Positions 58,992 to 64,000 of a DNA stretch of 64,000 nt are shown here, piece by piece. Origin of the DNA: an uncultured Gemmatimonadales bacterium (GTDB lineage Bacteria > Gemmatimonadota > Gemmatimonadetes > Gemmatimonadales > GWC2-71-9). The notes under the pieces were generated by a model. It did not search any database. It saw only the letters and a program-made list of their open reading frames with translations, and had not been told where the DNA came from. The stretch is from contig CAVOGR010000002.1 in NCBI GenBank assembly GCA_963695555.1, positions 448,001 through 512,000 of the forward strand, written 5' to 3'. Numbering within the stretch: the stretch's first letter is position 1; every line of letters starts with the position of its first letter. The position numbers and the translations under genes were made by a program.

Positions 58992-60227
58992 CTAAATGCG
59001 CCCGGCAGCGAACGGAGATCCAGGAACCGGACTCAGCGCGCCGGTCTTCGAGTCAATGTGATAGCCGGATACGTCGTTAGATCCTTCGTTACCGAGGTAT
59101 GCAAAAATACCAGAGGGCGCCACGATGATTGCCCGCGGCCGAATTCCAGCGGGGAATGGAGAGCCGGGAACGGGAGTCAACTGTCCCGTGCGTTGGTCCA
59201 TGGCATAGGCGGATACGTCGTTCGACTTCCTATTCGCTACGTAGATGAACCGGCCGGTCGGATCGATCGTCGGCCATGCCGGGTGTCGCCCTGTCGGGAT
59301 TGGTGCTCCGGGAACGGGGACGAGTGCCCCGGTGTCACGATCAATCGCGTATCCACATAAGGTATGGGATTTTTCGTTCGCCACGTACCCGAACCGGCCC
59401 GTTTGATTCACCAGCACTTGGAACGGGCGCCGGCCAGCCTTGAATGGTGTCCCCGGCACGGGCGTGAGGCTGCCGGTCTCAGGGTCGATGCTATAGGCGG
59501 AGACCGCGTTCGATCGCTGATTTGGGACATAGGCGAACAGCCCGGTCGGATCCACCGTCACAAATCGAGGATCCGACCCTGCCCGAAAGGGTGACCCGGG
59601 GGCTGGCACGAGATCGCCCGTTTCCGCGCTGATCCGATAGGCTGAAACGAGCTTCGATCGTTCATGGCACGTGAACGCGAAGCTGCCTGCCGGGTGGACC
59701 ATGACCGAACGCGGCCGGGGGCCTGTCGGTACCCGTGAGTCGCCCAACGGCGTCAGTGCTCCACTTATCTGATCCACCCGAAACGCCGAAATGTCATGAG
59801 ATCCCCGATTAGCCACGTAGGCAAATCGCCCCTCAGGGTCCAGGCGAGCATTGCGTGGGTTCTTTCCCGTGGGATAGGGAGATCCCTCGATCTCAACGAG
59901 CATCCCATCGTCGGGGTCAATACCATAGGCGGACAGCGTATGGGCCCCCCAATTGGCCGCATACAGGAATCTCCCGGTCGGATCCACTGTCACGGCTCGC
60001 GGATTGACGCCCGATGGAAACGGTGCCCCCGGAACCGCCATGAGCGCTCCGCTTGCCGGATCGATTCTGTAGGCTGAGATGTCATTCGACTTCCAGTTTG
60101 CCAGATACAGGAAGCGCCCAGTGGGGTCCGTGATGAGCAATCTGGGGCCGAGCCGCTCGGCGACGTAGTCGATCGCGAGCATCGTTCGTGAGCGGATGGG
60201 GTGCTTGCGTCCGGTGTTCGGTGACAC
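58992..60227 (-). CDS. Lactonase-like beta-propeller with eight 48-aa repeats
   Basis: GxxPRxVTVDPTGRFxYVANxxSNDxSAYxIDxxxGALxPVPGSPF repeated eight times. Confidence 0.85.
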   Translation of the reverse strand: MSPNTGRKHPIRSRTMLAIDYVAERLGPRLLITDPTGRFLYLANWKSNDISAYRIDPASGALMAVPGAPFPSGVNPRAVTVDPTGRFLYAANWGAHTLSAYGIDPDDGMLVEIEGSPYPTGKNPRNARLDPEGRFAYVANRGSHDISAFRVDQISGALTPLGDSRVPTGPRPRSVMVHPAGSFAFTCHERSKLVSAYRISAETGDLVPAPGSPFRAGSDPRFVTVDPTGLFAYVPNQRSNAVSAYSIDPETGSLTPVPGTPFKAGRRPFQVLVNQTGRFGYVANEKSHTLCGYAIDRDTGALVPVPGAPIPTGRHPAWPTIDPTGRFIYVANRKSNDVSAYAMDQRTGQLTPVPGSPFPAGIRPRAIIVAPSGIFAYLGNEGSNDVSGYHIDSKTGALSPVPGSPFAAGRI

Positions 60228-60280
60228 GGTTCTCCCGACGAGTAAGTTGCCCGTGGTGATTGCAGTCGTTGTGTCGCCGT

Positions 60281-61303
60281 CTATACCAAGGAACAGATCC
60301 GCCGCTCGAATTCCTCTCCGTCCCAGTTGCCGACGTAGACTCGAGGTAGGTCGTAGAGGTCCTCTCCCGGATGTATCATCTTGTCAACGGTCGAGCAGGC
60401 CGACGTGAATCCGGCGCTTTGTACCAGTCTTGCCGAGCCCCCTACATCTCCATAGGGATATGCAAAGCACTCAACCGCAGCACCGAGGGCGTTTTGGAGA
60501 AACCCCTTGCTGTCCTGAATTTCCCGCCTCTGCTCGGCCTCTGGCAATCTGGAGAGGGGGCGATGTGTCACCGAGTGGGCTCCCACGTCGAGCAAGGCTC
60601 CATCCACGAGCCGTATCAACTCGTCTTGGGTCAAGACCCGGTGGGTCGGGCGGATGACCGGCTCCGTCTCGGCCCAGTTGAACAGCGTCCGGAGGAGGGC
60701 AGCGCGAGAGGATTCCTCCAGTGGTTGAAGCAATTTGAACAGCCGTCGAAACAGGCGATGACGGCCCGTGGGCCTGGTGCGTCGCCGCCAATTCCACGAA
60801 CGATGGCGGGCGTAGGCGCTCTCAGTGTATCGGGCCGCCCGACCGAGCTTCCATGCGTGTGGTACTCCATCGATGTCCAGGCGAAGGGTGTTGGGCAGGG
60901 TGCCCGGCTGGAGCAACAGCTGCTCGAGCTCGTCCCACCAAAATTCCCGTCCCCGCCCAATGTAACCCGTCGTCACGAACACGGTGGCGGGAATCTCGTA
61001 TTGTTCCAACGCGGGTTTCGCTTCCCAGAGGTTGTCCGCATAGCCATCGTCGAGGGTGACCACGACGCCGCTCTCCGGGAGAGTTCCTTGGCTCAGGGCC
61101 CGCACCATGCTGCCCAACGGGTACGTGCGATAGCGAGATCGTATGATCTCCAGGTGTTCACGAAACGCCCGGGGGTGGACTGCGACCGCGTGCGGGTCGC
61201 TCTCCAGGTCGGCGATTCGGTGATAGCGGAGCACGACCACTCCGGGTTGCCGTCGGTTTCTCGCTCCGCGAAAGGCCGTTGCCAGCTTGCCAGGCATCGA
61301 CAT
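60281..61303 (-). CDS. Polysaccharide deacetylase (CE4)
   Basis: LRYHRI, TLDDGYADN, GAHSVTH, FAYPYG, LPR. The start is placed at 61303 or 61297. Confidence 0.9.
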   Translation of the reverse strand: MSMPGKLATAFRGARNRRQPGVVVLRYHRIADLESDPHAVAVHPRAFREHLEIIRSRYRTYPLGSMVRALSQGTLPESGVVVTLDDGYADNLWEAKPALEQYEIPATVFVTTGYIGRGREFWWDELEQLLLQPGTLPNTLRLDIDGVPHAWKLGRAARYTESAYARHRSWNWRRRTRPTGRHRLFRRLFKLLQPLEESSRAALLRTLFNWAETEPVIRPTHRVLTQDELIRLVDGALLDVGAHSVTHRPLSRLPEAEQRREIQDSKGFLQNALGAAVECFAYPYGDVGGSARLVQSAGFTSACSTVDKMIHPGEDLYDLPRVYVGNWDGEEFERRICSLV

Positions 61304-61374
61304 CAACTCCAATTTTACGAGGCTCTTGCAGCCGATATCTTTCCTTACGTTCCTGTCCACCTTCGGGAAAGTCA

Positions 61375-62229
61375 ATGCCCTGGCGCTCCTATTTCAAGCG
61401 ACGTGAAGCATTTGCGAACCGCGAAGGGGTGCCGGAATATGATTTCTCCCTCAGTCGGTCTCGTACTGTCCCGGGCGTAAGCGCCATGGTGCGGGTGAAG
61501 AACGAAGCGCAGAAGATCTCGTACTGCCTCCGGTCGATTCTTCCGGTGTTCGACGAGGTGATCCTGGTCGATAACGCGAGCGACGATGGGACGCTCGACA
61601 TTGTCCGAGACCTGTCGCAGCGACATCCCCTGGCAGGAAAGATCCGGTTGCTTGCATATCCCTATCGATTGGCGCGGTTTGGATCCGAGCATGCCGCCAC
61701 CCCGGACGACTCTCTTCACAGCGCCGTTTACTATACCAACTGGACACTATCGCACTGCACGCGCCGGTATGTGTGCAAGTGGGATGGCGACATGGTCCTC
61801 GTGGGGGAGAAGAGGGCAGCGTTCCAAAGCCTCCTCCATGGCATCCAGTCAGGGAGGCCTGCGTGCTGGACCTTGTCGGGCCAAACCGTGTATCGCGACA
61901 AACATGGAAACTTTTATCTTGCACGGGGAGAGATCAACAAGGAGATAGAGATTTTTCCCTATAGTCTCCTGTGCCGGTTCAGGAAGCGTCCTTACCTGGA
62001 GAGCCTGCAGCGCCCAGTGATCTTTCCCAAGAGAGACTTCTCCCCAGTCTGTTTCTTCGAGTTGAAGTTTGTCGATGAAGACGAATTCTCCCACTGGTCG
62101 GATCGGAATTGGCCGAGCGAACGCAAGCGACGCGAGTGGGCCAACTACCAACTGGTCCGTGACGGCCGAGTGAGCGTCGAACGATTCGAGCCCCTCGAAC
62201 GGACATTTCTTGACGACCAGGTCCTGTAG
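61375..62229 (+). CDS. GT2 glycosyltransferase
   Basis: VRVKNE, VDNASDDGT, KWDGD. Confidence 0.85.
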   Translation: MPWRSYFKRREAFANREGVPEYDFSLSRSRTVPGVSAMVRVKNEAQKISYCLRSILPVFDEVILVDNASDDGTLDIVRDLSQRHPLAGKIRLLAYPYRLARFGSEHAATPDDSLHSAVYYTNWTLSHCTRRYVCKWDGDMVLVGEKRAAFQSLLHGIQSGRPACWTLSGQTVYRDKHGNFYLARGEINKEIEIFPYSLLCRFRKRPYLESLQRPVIFPKRDFSPVCFFELKFVDEDEFSHWSDRNWPSERKRREWANYQLVRDGRVSVERFEPLERTFLDDQVL

Positions 62230-62256
62230 GCGACCCCACCCTAGCCGGGAATCCTC

Positions 62257-63147
62257 ATGACGCGTACTGCTCCGCCCACCCCCGCAGGCGTCAGTGCGGC
62301 AAAGCTCTGGTTCAAACGGTGGAAGCGGCAATTGGGATACTATGACGCCCGCCGCCACGTCTGGCGGGGGTTGTTTCGCCGGTCGCTCCGTCCAACGGAT
62401 GTGTTCCTCGTCGGTCACCCCAAGTCCGGCAATACGTGGTTGGCATATATGTTGGCCATCGCGCTCTTTCGCGACCATACGCACGACGTCACTCTGATGA
62501 ATGTGCGGCAGTACGTGCCATACGTGCATGGGAAGGATCACCGCATCGCGAGGTATCGTCATCTCCCTGACCCTCGCGTCTTTCGCAACGAGTACCCAAA
62601 CTATCGGGACCTGTATCCCAAGATCATCTACTTGATGAGGGATCCGCGCGCCGTGCTTCCGTCCTTGTGGCACATGTACCGGGTGATCTTCGATGATACG
62701 CGCATGACCTTGGAATCGTTTGTCTCCCAGTACATGGCCATGAGCGGATGCTTTACCGTCTGGAATCAGGACCTCGTCCGATGGGATCGCCAAGTCCGGC
62801 AGGCCATGACGGACGAGGCGCACGATCCACGCATCGTGATTGTGAAGTTCGAGGATCTCGTCCATGACCGGCGCGCGACCCTGGAACGCCTCCTGCTGTT
62901 CCTCGGGGTCTCCCGTGAAGGAGAGGACCTCGACCATGCCGCGAAGCGCGGGAGCTTCGACGCCATGCAGCGGCTCGAAGACCAGCATGGCGCGGAAGCG
63001 TATCGTGGTCGAGCAACAGGCCACGGGCGCTTCATCCGCGTTGGTGAGATCGATAGCTGGCGGCGAGAGGTTGATCCGGCGCTCGTAGCGACGGTCGAAC
63101 GGGAATTCGCACCGGTGATGCAGCTGGCTGGGTACCTACCAGAGTGA
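62257..63147 (+). CDS. Sulfotransferase (Sulfotransfer_1-like)
   Basis: HPKSGNTW, RDPRAVLPS, KFEDL, FIRVGEIDSW. Confidence 0.9.
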   Translation: MTRTAPPTPAGVSAAKLWFKRWKRQLGYYDARRHVWRGLFRRSLRPTDVFLVGHPKSGNTWLAYMLAIALFRDHTHDVTLMNVRQYVPYVHGKDHRIARYRHLPDPRVFRNEYPNYRDLYPKIIYLMRDPRAVLPSLWHMYRVIFDDTRMTLESFVSQYMAMSGCFTVWNQDLVRWDRQVRQAMTDEAHDPRIVIVKFEDLVHDRRATLERLLLFLGVSREGEDLDHAAKRGSFDAMQRLEDQHGAEAYRGRATGHGRFIRVGEIDSWRREVDPALVATVEREFAPVMQLAGYLPE

Positions 63148-63318
63148 GCCGCCACAGACGTATGTGTTCGCGCGTATCCCTTTCGATGCCCATGCCCCGA
63201 TTTCAGAGGCCTATCCTCGTTGGACTCGGTCCGAGAACACGTCAGCCCTGGACTGCGTGACTATGTCGAGCGAGTCGGAAACCATGGCCGTGCGTCGGGT
63301 ACTCCAGGGGGGGCGGCC

Positions 63319-64000
63319 GTGAGCCGGCAACGACTCCTAGCCGTCACGGGCGTAGCCCCATGGCCGCTGCGCGGTGGGTTCTCTCTGAGAGCGGCACATC
63401 TCCTCACACACCTTGCCAGCGAGTGGGATATCACGCTGGTCGCGGCGTGCGAATTGGATCGCGCCGCTATCCCGTGGCCGGCGTCGGATGCTCACGAGGT
63501 GGTCACGGTGCCGCTCGTTGAGCGATGGACTCCAGTGCCCAGCCGCCGGGCGGACATGCAACCATTGCGTGAGGCGGTCAACACGATACTCGCAACCCGC
63601 AGACCTGACGCGGCACTCCTCTGGAATGGAGCTGAGTTCCTTGCGTTCGATCGAAGTCACTTTCCCCGTACTGTCGTCGATCGAATCGATTGCGGGACCC
63701 TGGAATGGTTCCGTGCAGTCAGGTATGCGCCGTGGTCGATCGGACGAGCCATGCGATGTGCCCGATATGAACGAAGGGTCGTGCGCTCGCTCGATGCCAC
63801 GATCGTGGTAGGCCAGGATGATGCACGAGCACTCGAACGAGTGTCGGGTACCAAGCGCGTGGTGGTCATACCGAATGGGGTCGACGCGCAGCCGTCACCC
63901 CGGTTCAACGCCGAAGGCCCGCGGCCCACTATTGCGTTCAGCGGAACTCTCTCCTATTACGCAAACATCGATGCTGTCCGATACTTCCTACGGCGTCAGT
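63319..64000 (+). CDS. GT4 glycosyltransferase (3' partial)
   Basis: Translated by hand from GTG 63319: SRQRLLAVTGVAPWPLRGGFSLR...YERR...IPNGVD...FSGTLSYYANIDAV; open to the window end. Confidence 0.85.
   Translation, partial: MSRQRLLAVTGVAPWPLRGGFSLRAAHLLTHLASEWDITLVAACELDRAAIPWPASDAHEVVTVPLVERWTPVPSRRADMQPLREAVNTILATRRPDAALLWNGAEFLAFDRSHFPRTVVDRIDCGTLEWFRAVRYAPWSIGRAMRCARYERRVVRSLDATIVVGQDDARALERVSGTKRVVVIPNGVDAQPSPRFNAEGPRPTIAFSGTLSYYANIDAVRYFLRRQ

Noticed and set aside
59000..60150. 144-bp periodic DNA similarity as a possible array
   Set aside because: Explained by the coding repeats of the beta-propeller.

Overview
High-GC bacterial chromosome segment. Gene content and order suggest a diderm organism, probably Gemmatimonadota; this is inference only. 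From left to right it contains: (1) a partial GT-C-like membrane protein gene divergent from a Tad/Flp pilus locus (no tadD/cpaD seen), which has a well-spaced sigma54 promoter, DUF192, a second AAA+ ATPase and a beta-repeat membrane protein; (2) mnmG, a perfect parS site, then parA-parB-M23-bactofilin running into a BMP-type nucleoside ABC transporter with NIF3 inserted; (3) cytochrome c, plsC-like, DUF4112, queG and a frameshifted ndh; (4) a LOG/deoxyhypusine-synthase-like/MFS operon; (5) a copZ-cupredoxin-copA-csoR operon; (6) a stand-alone multi-GAF protein and a frameshifted M1 peptidase; (7) a metal-uptake operon (outer-membrane barrel, cluster A-I binding protein, permease, no ATPase) headed by a secreted leader protein with a CHxxxC motif and a C-terminal RAPP arrest motif; (8) mazEF-like toxin-antitoxin genes, an HcrCAB-like molybdoenzyme and small genes including DDAH; (9) a 2-oxoacid oxidoreductase whose gamma subunit is fused to a GltD/DsrL-like flavoprotein and a ferredoxin; (10) the start of a glycosyltransferase/sulfotransferase locus. 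The best candidate for an undescribed system is the RAPP leader in (7), whose codons are complementary to the ribosome-binding site of the next gene. No rRNA, tRNA, CRISPR array or IS element was recognised. All calls come from reading motifs by eye; no database searches were run.
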